The notes under the pieces were generated by a model. It was not told the DNA's origin. It saw only the letters and a program-made list of their open reading frames with translations, and did no database searches. Positions 18,302 through 32,664 of a stretch of 64,000 bases of DNA are shown in pieces. The translations under genes were made by a program, and so were the position numbers. Positions within the stretch are counted from its first letter, which is position 1, and every line of letters begins with the position of its first letter. Source of the stretch: an uncultured Acidobacteriota bacterium (GTDB taxonomy: Bacteria > Acidobacteriota > Thermoanaerobaculia > UBA5066 > Gp7-AA6); contig CAVXTP010000008.1 of NCBI GenBank assembly GCA_963764715.1, forward strand, positions 1 through 64,000, in the 5' to 3' direction.

Positions 18302-19315
18302 ATGCTGATCGTGATGGACGCGGCCGCCTCCGCGGAGGACGTGGCCCGCGTCGTCGACACGGTCTCCGGCCTCGGCCTCCAGGCGCATCCCATTCCGGGC
18401 GCGCAGCGCACCGCGATCGGCATCACGGGCAACCGCGGGACGGTCGACGCCGGCGCGTTCGAGAACCTTCCGGGGGTCGCCGAGGTCATTCCCGTCTCGG
18501 CGCCGTACAAGCTGGTTTCCCGCGAGGCCAAGCGCGAGACGACGGTGGTGTCGGTCGGCGGCGTGCCGATCGGCGGGAAGGCCCTCGCCGTGATCGCCGG
18601 GCCGTGCGCCGTCGAGTCGGAGGCCCAGGCGATCGAGGTCGGGCGCCGCGTGAAGGCGGCGGGCGCGACGCACTACCGGGGCGGCGCCTTCAAGCCCCGG
18701 ACGTCGCCGTACTCGTTCCAGGGCCTCGGCGAGAAGGGCCTCGAGATCCTCTCGCGCGTCCGGGCGGAGACGGGGCTCCCGATCGTCACCGAGGTCCTCG
18801 ACACCGAGACCGTCGACATCGTCGCGGAGCACGCCGACTGCCTCCAGGTCGGGGCGCGGAACATGCAGAACTTTTCGCTCTTGAAGCGGCTCGGCCGCCT
18901 CCGCAAGCCGGTGCTCCTGAAGCGCGGAATGGCGGCGACGATCGAGGAGCTGCTGCTGTCGGCCGAGTACCTCCTCGCCGAGGGCAACTACGAGGTCATC
19001 CTCTGCGAGCGCGGCGTGCGGACGTTCGCCGACCACACGCGCAACACGCTCGACCTCTCGGCGGTGCCGTACGTCCAGCGGATCTCGCACCTGCCGATCC
19101 TGGTCGATCCGTCGCACGGCACGGGCAAGCGGGCGAAGGTGCTGCCGATGTCGCGCGCCTCGGTGGCGGTCGGGGCCGACGGCCTGCTGATCGAGGTGCA
19201 CCAGGCTCCCGAGCACGCCCTCTCCGACGGGCCCCAGGCGATCCTGCCCGAGATGTTCGCGGCGCTCGTGGACGAGATTCGGCGCCTCGCGCCGGTGGTC
19301 GGCCGCACCGCGTGA
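18302..19315 (+). CDS. aroF: 3-deoxy-7-phosphoheptulonate (DAHP) synthase, type I-beta
   Basis: IAGPCAVE, GGAFKPRTSPYSFQG, GARNMQN, LCERG, DPSHG; N-terminal regulatory domain. Confidence 0.95.
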   Translation: MLIVMDAAASAEDVARVVDTVSGLGLQAHPIPGAQRTAIGITGNRGTVDAGAFENLPGVAEVIPVSAPYKLVSREAKRETTVVSVGGVPIGGKALAVIAGPCAVESEAQAIEVGRRVKAAGATHYRGGAFKPRTSPYSFQGLGEKGLEILSRVRAETGLPIVTEVLDTETVDIVAEHADCLQVGARNMQNFSLLKRLGRLRKPVLLKRGMAATIEELLLSAEYLLAEGNYEVILCERGVRTFADHTRNTLDLSAVPYVQRISHLPILVDPSHGTGKRAKVLPMSRASVAVGADGLLIEVHQAPEHALSDGPQAILPEMFAALVDEIRRLAPVVGRTA

Positions 19316-20403
19316 AGGGTCTCCTCGTTCTCGAGGACGGGACGGTCTACCGCGGCGACGCGATCGGCCGGCCCGGCACCTCCTTCGGCGAGATCGTCTT
19401 CAACACCGCGATGAGCGGCTACCAGGAGGTCCTGACGGACCCGTCGTACTCCGGGCAGATCGTCGTCATGACGGCCTCGCACGTCGGCAACTACGGCATC
19501 CGGGAGGACGAGGCCGAGTCCGACCGCGTCCACGTCGCGGGTTTCATCGCGCGCGACTTCCCGGTGCGCTGGAGCGGAACGGGCGGCGAGCAGAGCCTGG
19601 CCGACTATCTCGACGCCTCCGCCGTGACCGGCCTCCACGGCCTCGACACGCGCTCGCTCGTGCGGCGGATCCGCAGCCTCGGCGCCATGCGCGCCGGAAT
19701 CTCGACCGAGATCGACGACCCGGCCGAGCTCCATCGCCGGGTCCTGGCGTCGCCCGCGATGGTCGGCAACGACCTGGCGCTCACGGTCTCGCCGGGCGCG
19801 ACGCGCCTGGCTCCCGGCGGCCGGGGGCGGAAGAAATACCGCGTCGCCGCCGTCGACTACGGCATGAAGCGCAACATCGTCCGGCTGCTCCAGGCGGGCT
19901 CCTGCCGCGTGACGATCTTTCCCGCCACGGCGCCGCCGGACGAGATCCTCGCGAGCCGCCCCGACGGGGTTTTCCTCTCGAACGGCCCCGGCGACCCCGA
20001 GGCGCTTCCGGGCCCGATCCGCACGATCGAGGCCCTGGTCGCGACGGGCAAGCCGATCTTCGGGATCTGCCTCGGGCACCAGCTGCTGGGGCTCGCTCTC
20101 GGGGCGAAGACGTTCAAGCTCAAGTTCGGGCACCGGGGCGCCAATCACCCGGTGCAGGACCTCGGGTCGGGCCACGTCGTGATCACGTCGCAGAACCACG
20201 GCTTCGCGGTCGACGCCGAGACGCTGCCTCCCGAGGTCGAGGCCACGCACCGGAACCTGAACGACGGGACCCTCGAGGGGTTCCGGCACCGGAAGCTGCC
20301 GATCCTCGCCGCGCAGTTTCACCCCGAGGCGGCGCCCGGCCCGCACGACGCCAACGTCCTCTTCCACCGCTTCCTCGAGTCGATGGACCAGGCCCGCAAG
20401 TGA
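19312..20403 (+). CDS. carA: Carbamoyl-phosphate synthase small subunit
   Basis: GEIVFNTAMSGYQEVLTDPSY, SNGPGDP, GICLGHQ, QFHPE. Confidence 0.96.
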   Translation: MKGLLVLEDGTVYRGDAIGRPGTSFGEIVFNTAMSGYQEVLTDPSYSGQIVVMTASHVGNYGIREDEAESDRVHVAGFIARDFPVRWSGTGGEQSLADYLDASAVTGLHGLDTRSLVRRIRSLGAMRAGISTEIDDPAELHRRVLASPAMVGNDLALTVSPGATRLAPGGRGRKKYRVAAVDYGMKRNIVRLLQAGSCRVTIFPATAPPDEILASRPDGVFLSNGPGDPEALPGPIRTIEALVATGKPIFGICLGHQLLGLALGAKTFKLKFGHRGANHPVQDLGSGHVVITSQNHGFAVDAETLPPEVEATHRNLNDGTLEGFRHRKLPILAAQFHPEAAPGPHDANVLFHRFLESMDQARK

Positions 20404-21644
20404 AGAGCCTGCCGCTCGAGGTGGCCGTGCGGTATCTCAAGTCGCGGCCCTCGCGGCTGGTCTCGTCGGTTTCCCTGCTGTCGATCGCGGGAATCGCGCT
20501 CGGCGTCGCGGCCCTGGTCGTCGCCATGGGCCTGCTCTCCGGTTACCGGACGGAGATCCGCGAGAAGCTGATCGGCGCCAACGCCGAGATCGTCGTCTTT
20601 CCGCTGATGCCGGGCGGCGACCCCGATCCCGGAGCGCTCGAGCGGCGCGTGGCGGCCGTGCCGGGCGTGCGCGCCACCGCGCCCGTGATCTACCAGACGG
20701 GCGTGGCGTCGTCGTCCGCGACCCCGGACGGGGCGGACGCGATCCTGAAGGGCGTCGACCCGGCCGCGGAGCGGCGCGTGTCCCAGATTGACGCGTACCT
20801 GCCGGACGCCGAGCGGGCCGTGACGCGCTCGGGCCCCGGCGTGCTGCCGGGCGCCGCGATCGGCGCGGAGCTCGCGCGCAAGCTCGACGTCCGCGAGGGC
20901 GACGCGATCACGCTCTCGGTGGCCGACGCCTCCGGCGGCCCCGGCCGCTTCGCGCCGCGCTCGGGGCGGTTCCGGGTGTCGAAGATCTTCCGGACGAACT
21001 TCTCCGAGTACGACACGGAGTGGGTGTTTCTCGACCGCGAGGAGCTGCGCCGACTGGCCAGGCTGGAGGGGAAGGCCAACGTCGTCGAGGTGCGCCTCGC
21101 CTCGATCGAGGAGACGGAGGCCATGGCCTCGGCCGTCGGCCGCGCCGCCGGGAACGGCTACTCGGTGTCGGACTGGCGCTCGATGAATGGCGGACTCTTC
21201 GCGGCGCTCGCGATCCAGCAGACGACGCTCTTTCTCGTCATCGGCCTGATCGTGGCGGTCTCGACGTTCAACGTCGTGGCGACGCTCGTCATGACCGTCC
21301 AGGAGAAGAAGCGCGACATCGGCGTCCTGACGGTGCTCGGCGCCGAGCCCGGCTTCTTCTCGCGGGTCTTCCTGTCGCTCGGAGCGCTCCTCGGCGGCGC
21401 GGGGGTCGCGGCGGGCATCGCGTTCGGCGTCCTCGTCTGCTGGGTGATGACGCGGTTCCGGCTGCTCTCGTTCCCGCCGGGGGTCGCCGAGATCTACTTC
21501 GTCTCGTACATCCCCTTCCTGGTGCGCCTCAAAGACCTGGCGGCGATCGTCGGCTTCTCGGGTCTCGCCATCCTCCTGGCCGCCCTGGTTCCCGCCCGCC
21601 GCGCCTCCCGGATCGACGTGGCCGAGGCCCTCCGCTACGAGTAA
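20400..21644 (+). CDS. LolC/E-family lipoprotein-releasing ABC permease
   Basis: [54 protein letters not shown]. Confidence 0.88.
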   Translation: MKSLPLEVAVRYLKSRPSRLVSSVSLLSIAGIALGVAALVVAMGLLSGYRTEIREKLIGANAEIVVFPLMPGGDPDPGALERRVAAVPGVRATAPVIYQTGVASSSATPDGADAILKGVDPAAERRVSQIDAYLPDAERAVTRSGPGVLPGAAIGAELARKLDVREGDAITLSVADASGGPGRFAPRSGRFRVSKIFRTNFSEYDTEWVFLDREELRRLARLEGKANVVEVRLASIEETEAMASAVGRAAGNGYSVSDWRSMNGGLFAALAIQQTTLFLVIGLIVAVSTFNVVATLVMTVQEKKRDIGVLTVLGAEPGFFSRVFLSLGALLGGAGVAAGIAFGVLVCWVMTRFRLLSFPPGVAEIYFVSYIPFLVRLKDLAAIVGFSGLAILLAALVPARRASRIDVAEALRYE

Positions 21645-21664
21645 AGGCGGCTAGAATCCGCCGC

Positions 21665-22499
21665 ATGAAACGCGCCGCGCTCCTCGTGTCCGGCCTCGCC
21701 CTGCTCGCCGTCGCCGCGGGGCCCGGGCCCGCCGGCTCCTCGCTCGACCGCTTCCGGTACCGGCCGGAGAAGATCCGGGTGGGCGAGGTCGCCCACTACG
21801 TCAAGTCGAACCTGGACGGCTCGAAGCCCACGCGGGTCTCGATCTTCGTCGCGGCGAAGGACCGGCTCGAGGTCGCGAAGGTCGAGCAGGGCGTGATCGA
21901 CGCCGCGTGGGTGCGGGCCCATTTCGACTGGACGCTTTTCACCGCGGACCGGCTGGAATCCGCCGTCGTCAACCTCGACGGCTCGATCGAGTCGCCGCGC
22001 CGAGCTCTCCGCCGACACGAAAACCGGCGTCGTGAACGTGAAGGTCGGCGACATGAAGGGCTCCGCCGCCTGGCGCTGGGCGCCGTTCCACATCTACAAC
22101 TTCGACTTCGCGAGCCTCAACTTCGCCTGGCGCCAGCTCGCGGATCCGAGGTCCTCCTTCACGATCGGCGTCCTGGATCCCACCTTCAAGGCGGAGGGCG
22201 ACATCTTCGTCTACCGGGGCGAGGCGCGGATCGAGTACCTGCGGGACGAGCCGCTCCACGGCAAGCGGTGCACGCTCCATCGGATCTCCGGTCCCGGAAT
22301 CGGCGGCACGACCGGCTCGATCTGGGCGGATCCGAAGTCGGGCTGGCTCGAGAAAGTCGAGATCCCGTTCCCCGACAACCCGGACTGGTCGAGCTTCCGG
22401 CTCGAGCTTCAGGGCGTCGAGAAGATGACGCCCGAGGCCTGGAAGAAGTTCATCCCGGACTCGCTGGCGAAGGCGAACGCGGCGAACCCGCAGCGCTAG
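21665..22499 (+). CDS. Hypothetical secreted protein (one apparent frameshift near 21995)
   Basis: Signal peptide [18 protein letters not shown]; coding-like sequence continues in ORF 22032-22499. Confidence 0.65.
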
Positions 22500-24931
22500 G
22501 GCGCGCTCGCGCCGCCGCGGCGCGCGACGAACTCCTTCTGCTTCCGGATGGCGTCGGAGCGGATCGCCGCGAACTCCGGATCTTTCCGGATGGAATCGAA
22601 CATCGGGTCCCTGTCCATCGCCGGGTAGCCGAGGTAGTTGTGCTCCACGGCCTGACGGAGCAGTCGCAGCGCCCCGTCGCGATAGCCGGCCAGCGCGAGG
22701 ATGCCCGCGCTGTAGTACTGATTTTCGGGATCGCGGTCGGGCCGGGAGATCGTCTCGAGGGCGGTCGCGGCCCGGTCGCGCTCGGCCCGGGGAGCGGAAG
22801 GGAGCGTCAGCGCCGCCGCTTCGGACATTCCGAAGTCGCGGTAGAGCCGGGCCGCGTCCTCGAGCCGGCCTTCGCGCGTCAGGAGGCCGGCCTCGCGGCG
22901 CTTCGACCAGCCGGATGCGCCGTCGAGCCGGAGATACTCGCGGGAACGCGCGTTGTTGCCGAGCTGCTGAAACACCAGGTAGCAGGAGCGAAATCCCGGG
23001 TTGCGGGGGTCGAGCGCCAGCGCGGCGTCGCACTCCCGGGCGGCCTCGTCGGCCAGGCCGGCATACCGCAGGACGTAGGCCTGGGCGAACAGGGCCTGGG
23101 CGTCGCTGGGCCGGCGGCGCACGAGCTCCCGGGCCTTCGCGTCGGCCTCCTCGAGCCTGCCGCCTTCGGTCGCGAGGATGATCAGCCCCTGCGCCGCGAC
23201 GGTCAGGTTCGGATCGAGCGCGAGGGCCTTCGCGTAGGCGGCCTCGGAGCGCTCGATGAGAGCCGCGCTGGCCGAGTTGCCCCGCGGGGCGCCGTACGAA
23301 GCCTCGTTGCCGTACGACGCCTCGTAGTAGTCGCGCAGGGCGAGGTCGTTCCAGGCTGGAGCGAAGTCCGGATCGAGGCCGACGGACCGCTCGAGCATCG
23401 CGATGCCCTGGCGGTTGGGCTCGGGGTCGCTCGGCAGCGACTTGCTGCGGAGGTACAGGTCGTAGGCCTCGGCGTTGCGGGGGCGCGTCGAGGCCGTCGT
23501 CTCCGCGGCCGCTCCGCCGAGGAGCGGAAAGAGCCCCTGGCGCAGCCGCGCGGAGATCTGTTCCCGCAGGCCGATCAGGTCCCCCGACCGGGCGCTCGAG
23601 GTGTCGCGCCAGAGCAGGCGGTTCGACTCGGTGTCGATCATCTCGAGAGTGACCCGGAGCTGGTCGCCTTCCTGCTGGAAGTGGCCGGTCAGGACGTCGG
23701 CCACCCGGAGCTCGCGACCGGCGGTCTGGGGGTCGACGTCGCCCTTCGCGTATTTCTGAGTCGCCGCGAAGGGACGGATCGCGAGCGTCGGGATGTAGGA
23801 GAGCGTCGTCGCCACTTCGTCCGCCAGGGCGAGGCGCAGGTGATCGGTCGCGGCGTCGCCGCTCAGGTTCTGGAAGGGGAGGATCGCGATCGTCGTCTGG
23901 CCCTGCGGGGCGCGGGCGCCCGCCGGGCCGCGGTGCGTGGCCCACCATGCGGCGGCGCCAGCGGCGAGAAGGATCGCGGCCGCCAGCGCCGGCCCCTTCC
24001 ATCGGACCGGGCGCTTGGGCGCCACGGGCGCGGGAGCGGCCGCCGTCCGGCCGCTGCGGCTCGAGTCCGAGTCGCGCTTCAAGCGCTTCAGGTCGGTTTT
24101 CAGCTCCGCCGCGCTCTGGTAGCGCAGGTCCCGGTCCTTCTCGAGGGCGGTGTTGACGATGCGGGAGAGCTCCTCGGGCAGCTCCGGGTTGAGCTTGACG
24201 GGCGAGACCGGCGCGCGATTCAGGATCGCGTCGAAGATGATGGCCGAGGTGTTGCCGGCGAAGGGCTGCTTGCCGGTGGCCATCTCGTAGAGGACCGCGC
24301 CGCACGAGAAGACGTCCGTCCGGGAGTCCAAAGCTTCGCCCCGGGCCTGCTCCGGGGACATGTAGGCGACCGTTCCGATGGCGGTCCCGGGGCTCGTCAG
24401 GTCCGCCTCGGCCATGGCGGTGGGCTGGGCCGTATTGCCGCCGGAGCTTCCGCTCGGTTCGGCGGCTTGCTTGGCGAGGCCGAAGTCGAGCAGCTTCGCC
24501 TGCCCCCGCCTCGTCACGAAGATGTTGGCCGGCTTGATGTCCCGGTGGACGATGCCGCGGGCGTGCGCCGTCTCGAGGGCGTCGGCGATCTGCGTTCCGA
24601 GCTCGAGGACCGCGTCGAGCTTCAACGCCCCGGGCTGAAGCCGGTCGCGGAGCGTCTCGCCTTCGAGGAGCTCCATGGCGATGAAAGGCCGCCCCGCGTC
24701 CTCGTCGACGTCGTAGATCGTGCAGATGTTGGGGTGCTGGAGCGACGAGGCCGCGCGCGCCTCCCGCTGCAGCCGCTCGAGGGCCTGCGCGTCCCGGGCG
24801 AGCTCCTCCGGCAGGAACTTGAGGGCGACACGGCGGCCGAGCTTCAGATCCTCGGCCTCGTAGACGACGCCCATGCCGCCGCCGCCGAGCTTGGAGACGA
24901 CGCGGTAGTGCGTGACGGTCTGTCCGATCAA
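22496..24931 (-). CDS. Hanks-type Ser/Thr protein kinase with TM, TolB-N-like and TPR regions
   Basis: [31 protein letters not shown]; [10 protein letters not shown]; TPR-like helices. Confidence 0.94.
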   Translation of the reverse strand: MIGQTVTHYRVVSKLGGGGMGVVYEAEDLKLGRRVALKFLPEELARDAQALERLQREARAASSLQHPNICTIYDVDEDAGRPFIAMELLEGETLRDRLQPGALKLDAVLELGTQIADALETAHARGIVHRDIKPANIFVTRRGQAKLLDFGLAKQAAEPSGSSGGNTAQPTAMAEADLTSPGTAIGTVAYMSPEQARGEALDSRTDVFSCGAVLYEMATGKQPFAGNTSAIIFDAILNRAPVSPVKLNPELPEELSRIVNTALEKDRDLRYQSAAELKTDLKRLKRDSDSSRSGRTAAAPAPVAPKRPVRWKGPALAAAILLAAGAAAWWATHRGPAGARAPQGQTTIAILPFQNLSGDAATDHLRLALADEVATTLSYIPTLAIRPFAATQKYAKGDVDPQTAGRELRVADVLTGHFQQEGDQLRVTLEMIDTESNRLLWRDTSSARSGDLIGLREQISARLRQGLFPLLGGAAAETTASTRPRNAEAYDLYLRSKSLPSDPEPNRQGIAMLERSVGLDPDFAPAWNDLALRDYYEASYGNEASYGAPRGNSASAALIERSEAAYAKALALDPNLTVAAQGLIILATEGGRLEEADAKARELVRRRPSDAQALFAQAYVLRYAGLADEAARECDAALALDPRNPGFRSCYLVFQQLGNNARSREYLRLDGASGWSKRREAGLLTREGRLEDAARLYRDFGMSEAAALTLPSAPRAERDRAATALETISRPDRDPENQYYSAGILALAGYRDGALRLLRQAVEHNYLGYPAMDRDPMFDSIRKDPEFAAIRSDAIRKQKEFVARRGGASAP

Positions 24932-24997
24932 TGGTTCTCCGGCCGAGGGCTGCGGCGCATTCTACTTGCTCCGCCGACCGCTATACTCCCGCCCCGG

Positions 24998-28203
<3,206 letters not shown>

Positions 28204-28207
<4 letters not shown>

Positions 28208-30142
28208 ACGGCGAGCCCGCGCGACGCCCCGGAGGCGTGGCGCGCCTCGCGGCCCTCGCGGCGACGGCCGCCGGCTTCCTCGCGGTCTTCTCCGTCGGAT
28301 TCCCTCCGGCGGCCCGCGACCGGCTCCCGGTGCTGCTGCTCGCCCTGGCCCTCGGCCTCGCCGCGGCGTGGAATCCGGCGCGGGGGCTCGTCGCGTTCGC
28401 GTTCCTCTTCCCGCTCTCGGGCCTCGGCGACCGGGCCTTCGGCGGGGCCGACGCCGTGGCCTGGCCGGTGCTCCTCTTCACGGGCTTCGCGGCGGGCTGG
28501 ACTTTCCGGTTCCTGTACGACTTCGAGAACGTTCCCGATCCTTCGCGCGCGGACCGCGTCCTGCGCGGGCTGTCGGCCGTGTGGTCGCTCGCGGCAATTC
28601 TCTCGATCGTGCGCGCGCGCACCCTCTGGGCCGCGCTGCACGGGCTCGGCCTCCGCGCGGTCAACATCGAGGGGCTGCTCGACGCGTCGGCGATCCGGGA
28701 CGCGGTGCTGTCGCTGTCGGCGCTCGCCTCGGGCGCCGGCTTCTTCTTCATCCTGCGGCGGTCCGGCGCGGCCCTCCGCGCGCGGGCCCTCCGCGCCGCC
28801 CTCGCCGGCTGCGCGGTCTCGGGGGCCGCCGCCGTCGCCGAGCGGCTGGGGATGCCGCCCGGCGAGACCAACGCGTTCTGGAGGATGACCGGGCGACTCT
28901 CGGGCGGCGCGATCGATCCCAACGCGCTCGGCATTCTCTGCGGTCTCGCGCTCGTCGCCGCGGCCGCGGCGCTCTTCGGCGCGTCGAACGGGCGTTTCGG
29001 GGCGCTGGTGCTGGCGGGAGCGTGCGGCGCGGGCCTCGTCCTGTCGGGCTCCCGGAGCGGTCTGCTCGTCGTCGGCACGGGGCTCCTCGCCCTCACGCTC
29101 GCGCCGCGCCTGCCTGCCCGGCGGCGGCTCGTTCTCGCGGCGGTCTGCGCGGCGGGCCTCGCCGTCGTCGGGGGCCTCCTCCTGCGCGGGGACCGCGGGA
29201 CCCTCGGCGAGCGCCTGGCGCAGCTGCTCGACACTTCTCTTTCCGCCGAGGCCCGCGCCTCGTCGCGACCGGTCCTCTGGGCGAGCGCGGTCGACCTGTT
29301 CGCCCGCGACCCGATCGCCGGCGGCGGGCTCGGGTCCTTCTCCTGGCAGCTTCCGACGCTTCTCGCCGAGCGCGGGCGCGCGCTGCCGCTCCGCGACAAT
29401 CCCGGCAGCGCCTACCTCCAGGCACTCGCTGAAACCGGCGCGATCGGGTTTCTGCTGACGCTCGGGCTGGCGGTCGTGCTCGCGCGCGAGGGTCTCGCGG
29501 CGCTCGCGCGCGGGAGGGACGAGCCGCTCGAGGCCGGATGCGGCGCCGGGGTTCTCGGTTTTCTGGTCGCCCTCGCGGTGGGATCGCACTGGTTCGCGCC
29601 GGACGCGTCCCTGCTCTTCTTCCTCCTCGCGGCGGTGTCCGCGCGCCCGGCCGCGGCGCCCGCCCCGGCGCGCGCGGCCGGACGGTCGTGGCCGTGGGGG
29701 CGCTGGTCGCTGCGAGCGGCGGCCGCCGTCTACGCGGCCGCGGTGCTCGTCGCGGCCGTCTCGACGCTTTCCGCCGAGGAGGCTTTCCGCTACCGTCGGG
29801 GCATGGGGTTCCACGGCAAGGAAGAAGGGCCGGGCGGTTCCTTCTACTGGACGCAGCGCCGGTTCGCGATCCGGGTGCCGGCGGGCGAGACGATGCGCAT
29901 GACGCTCGCGCACTACACGCCCGAGGGGCGCGACGTCGAGCTCCTGGCCGAGGCGGACGGAACGACGGTGCTCCGCCGCGACCTGCGCCCGGGCCAGAGC
30001 CTGCCGCTGCGGCTCGCCGCCGCGCCCGGAGCGTCCGCGGATCGTCCGGTTCACCCTCTCGCGGGCGTTCGTCCCCCGTCACCTCGGGCTCTCCGCGGAC
30101 CGGCGCGAGCTCGGCCTCGTCGCCGTCTTCCCGGCGCGGTAG
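28204..30142 (+). CDS. O-antigen ligase (Wzy_C)-like membrane protein (frameshift near 30040)
   Basis: Many TMs; DPNALG, SGSRSG, RPVLW...[22 protein letters not shown]. Confidence 0.78.
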
Positions 30143-30146
30143 GACC

Positions 30147-31136
30147 GTGGAGTTCCAGTTCCACCCGGCTTCGCGGAGCGGCGCGGTGCGGAGCCTCGTC
30201 TTCGGGGCGCGCGGGCAGAAGGTCGCCATCCTGCTGACCGGGGCCGCTGCGGTCGCCGCCGTGTCGCTCTGGGTCACGGTGCCCGCGGTGGCCTCGCGTG
30301 CGCTGGCGGGCGCCTCGGCCGATTCCCTCGTCCGCGAATCGCCGGCCGCGGCGTCGGAGTTCCGCAGCGCCGCGGAGCGCACGGAGCGCCTGGCCGAGCG
30401 GGCCCGCGACGCGGGAAGCCTCCTCGCCCGGATCGCCTTTCTGTACGGCGTCTCGCCGGCCGACTGGCCGAAGGGCCTCAACCCCGAGGCGGGCTGGCTC
30501 GCGGGCCCCGACCCCGAGCGCATCTCGGCCGGGCTGCCGCGCTTCCTCGGCGAGCTCGAGCGGGGCAGGGCGTCTGCTCGCGGCGCGCGAGGAGGCCGAT
30601 CCGGGGATCGCGGCCGGCGCACGCCCTCGCTCCTTCCGGTCGCGGGCGAGCCTCGTCGAGCCCGCGGTGCTCTTCGGGCCGCGCATCTCGCCCTGGACCG
30701 GCGCGGAGGAGTTCTTCACGGGCCTCGAGCTCGCGGCACCGGCCGGGTCGGCCGTCCTCGCGCCGGCCGTCGGCACCGTCGTCTTCACGGGCCGGGTCGC
30801 CGCTTCGATGAAGTCGAACTGGTCCCGCTACGGCAACCTCGTCGTGCTCTCCCACGGAGCGGCGGGGTACACGCTGTTCGGCCAGCTCGCCCGGATCGAG
30901 GTGCGGCGCGGCCAGCGCGTCGGCGCGGGGCGCGCCTCGGGACGGTCGGCACGAGCCGCTGGACGATCTCGCCGTCGCTCCACTACGAGCTCTGGCGGCC
31001 CGGGAAGGCCGGCCCCGCGCCGACGGACCCGCGCTTCGGCATCCTCGACCGGCGTCTCGGCCCCCCGGACCTGTCCCTCGAGAAGATGGCGGCCACGTCG
31101 GCGCCCGTCCCGATCGAGCCCCTGCCGGCGCGATAG
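30147..31136 (+). CDS. M23 family peptidase-like protein (several apparent frameshifts)
   Basis: FGPRISPWTG, YGNLVVLSH, LHYE; Zn ligands look degenerate (FTGLE in place of HxGxD). Confidence 0.72.
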   Translation: MEFQFHPASRSGAVRSLVFGARGQKVAILLTGAAAVAAVSLWVTVPAVASRALAGASADSLVRESPAAASEFRSAAERTERLAERARDAGSLLARIAFLYGVSPADWPKGLNPEAGWLAGPDPERISAGLPRFLGELERGRASARGARGGRSGDRGRRTPSLLPVAGEPRRARGALRAAHLALDRRGGVLHGPRARGTGRVGRPRAGRRHRRLHGPGRRFDEVELVPLRQPRRALPRSGGVHAVRPARPDRGAARPARRRGARLGTVGTSRWTISPSLHYELWRPGKAGPAPTDPRFGILDRRLGPPDLSLEKMAATSAPVPIEPLPAR

Positions 31137-31172
31137 CGGCGGCGGCCCGCACGCGCTATGCTGGACGGGCCG

Positions 31173-31382
31173 ATGACGGAGACCTTCGACCTCGCCGTCG
31201 CGATCGCCTACGCCCGCTGGAAGCGCGCGGTCGATCTCCTGGTGCGCGAGGTCGTCCACCGCCGGGAGTGCCGCGTCGCCGCCGAAGAGCGCGAGCGCGC
31301 GCAGCGCCGGGTGCAGAATCTCCGCCGGATCGTGCGCAAGGCCCTGTCGGAATACAGCCGGCTACAGCTGCTTCGCCAGTAA
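31173..31382 (+). CDS. Small hypothetical helical protein
   Basis: ORF with TATGCT box 10 nt before ATG 31173. Confidence 0.55.
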   Translation: MTETFDLAVAIAYARWKRAVDLLVREVVHRRECRVAAEERERAQRRVQNLRRIVRKALSEYSRLQLLRQ

Positions 31383-31439
31383 GCCGTCGCGAACGCTCCG
31401 CTCCGGGTCTCCGCCTTGCGGCGCACCGGCACCTCCTCA

Positions 31440-31670
31440 GGGCGGCCGCAAGGGCCGCCCCTACGACCGGAGCCAGACAGCCTCATTTTCGCGGCACTGT
31501 CTCTGTCGTTCGCGGCGCGAATAGTCTCCCGACCGAAGGGAGGGAGGAGGTTCGCGCCGCGGGAGCGAAGCGACGGGAAGAGGTCAGGTTTGCGGTCGAG
31601 CGCGCATCCGCGCGAGCCGCAAACCGGTGCGTCCGCAGGACGCAGACCGACGAACTAGCGTAGCGACGTT
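31440..31670 (-). repeat. Structured dispersed element copy B with terminal GTAG-REP
   Basis: Reverse-complement homolog of 5920-6132 plus the full REP; stems conserved by compensatory changes. Confidence 0.88.
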
Positions 31671-32120
31671 AGTCGCGAATCGAAGTGGAACGGCTCGGGC
31701 TTGCCGGTCCGGATCTCGCCGGAAGTCGGGGTGCGCCGGATTGAGGAGGAAGTTGCGCTCGCTGGGGGACGACCGCCGAGGGGACCGCGAGCACCGGCGA
31801 GCGGCCGGCGCTTCACCCAGTCGGTGCCGCGGTCGGCGAGCGACTTCGGGAGCGGGGTAGCGGCGCCAGTCGCGGGGCAGGTCCGCGGCCTCGATCGATT
31901 CGACGGCGAGGGCGTCGGGCACGTCGGCCGGAATGGCGACGAGGTCGCCGGGCAGGAACGCGGGGTCGGCGTGGACGAGGAGCTCGAGCGCCGCGAGCGA
32001 CAGGCTCTGCGACGCGTAGACGACCGGAGTGCCGCGCCGGTTCCACCGTCCGCCGGCCCGCCGCGCGCCCTCGCCGTCGAAGGCCGCGTGGGCTTTCTTG
32101 CAGAGTCTCCAGACGCGCAC
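31655..32120 (-). CDS. RES-domain toxin (apparent frameshifts)
   Basis: VWRL...FDGEGARRAGGRWNRRGTPVVYASQSLSLAALE, ERNFLLNPAHPDF, FDSRL. Confidence 0.85.
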
Positions 32121-32130
32121 GGGTCGTCCG

Positions 32131-32560
32131 CTATCCGACGACGCCGTGGGCGAGGCGCAGGAGGACGGCTTCGACCTCCTCCGCGCCGAGGTCCGTGTCG
32201 AGCTCGGAGAGCGGCGTCCTCCCGCCGAGCGCGCGGTTCGCGGCCGCGAGCCAGCGGCCGGCGACCTCGCGGCCGCCGAGGACCTCCTCGGCGAGGGCGG
32301 CGATGCGGGCGAGGCGGACGAGCCGGTCCGATTCCTCGGCCGAGAGCCGCTTCTCCTTCTTGCGCCGGGCGAGGGTGCGCCGGGGAATGCGCAGGATCGA
32401 GACCGCGTCGGGCGCCGGGAAGCTCGAAGGCCGCCGCCACCGCGGCGAGCGACGCGTAGGGCAGGCCCGCGCGGACGAGGGCCCGGAGCTGTCCCGGGGA
32501 CCTCGCGGGGACCAGGCGCGGGCCTCCGAGGGCCCGGACGATGTCGGCGGTGCCGCTCAT
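32131..32560 (-). CDS. Xre/MbcA/ParS-type antitoxin (apparent frameshifts)
   Basis: VRAGLPYASL, IPRRTLARRKKEKRLSAEESDRLVRLARI, WLAAANRALGG, GAEEVEAVLLRLAHG; upstream of RES. Confidence 0.85.
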
Positions 32561-32569
32561 GACGCCTCC

Positions 32570-32605
32570 TGCCAATTGGCAGATCAGCATTATGCCATAT
32601 GGCAT
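32570..32605. promoter_or_regulatory. Twin palindromic operator of the Xre-RES locus
   Basis: Perfect palindromes TGCCAATTGGCA (32570-32581) and ATGCCATATGGCAT (32592-32605) around a minus-strand CATAAT. Confidence 0.65.
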
Positions 32606-32664
32606 GAGCCGCCCGGGCGTCCATGCGCCATCCTCGCCGGGGGTCGGGACAGATGGCGTCCGGG

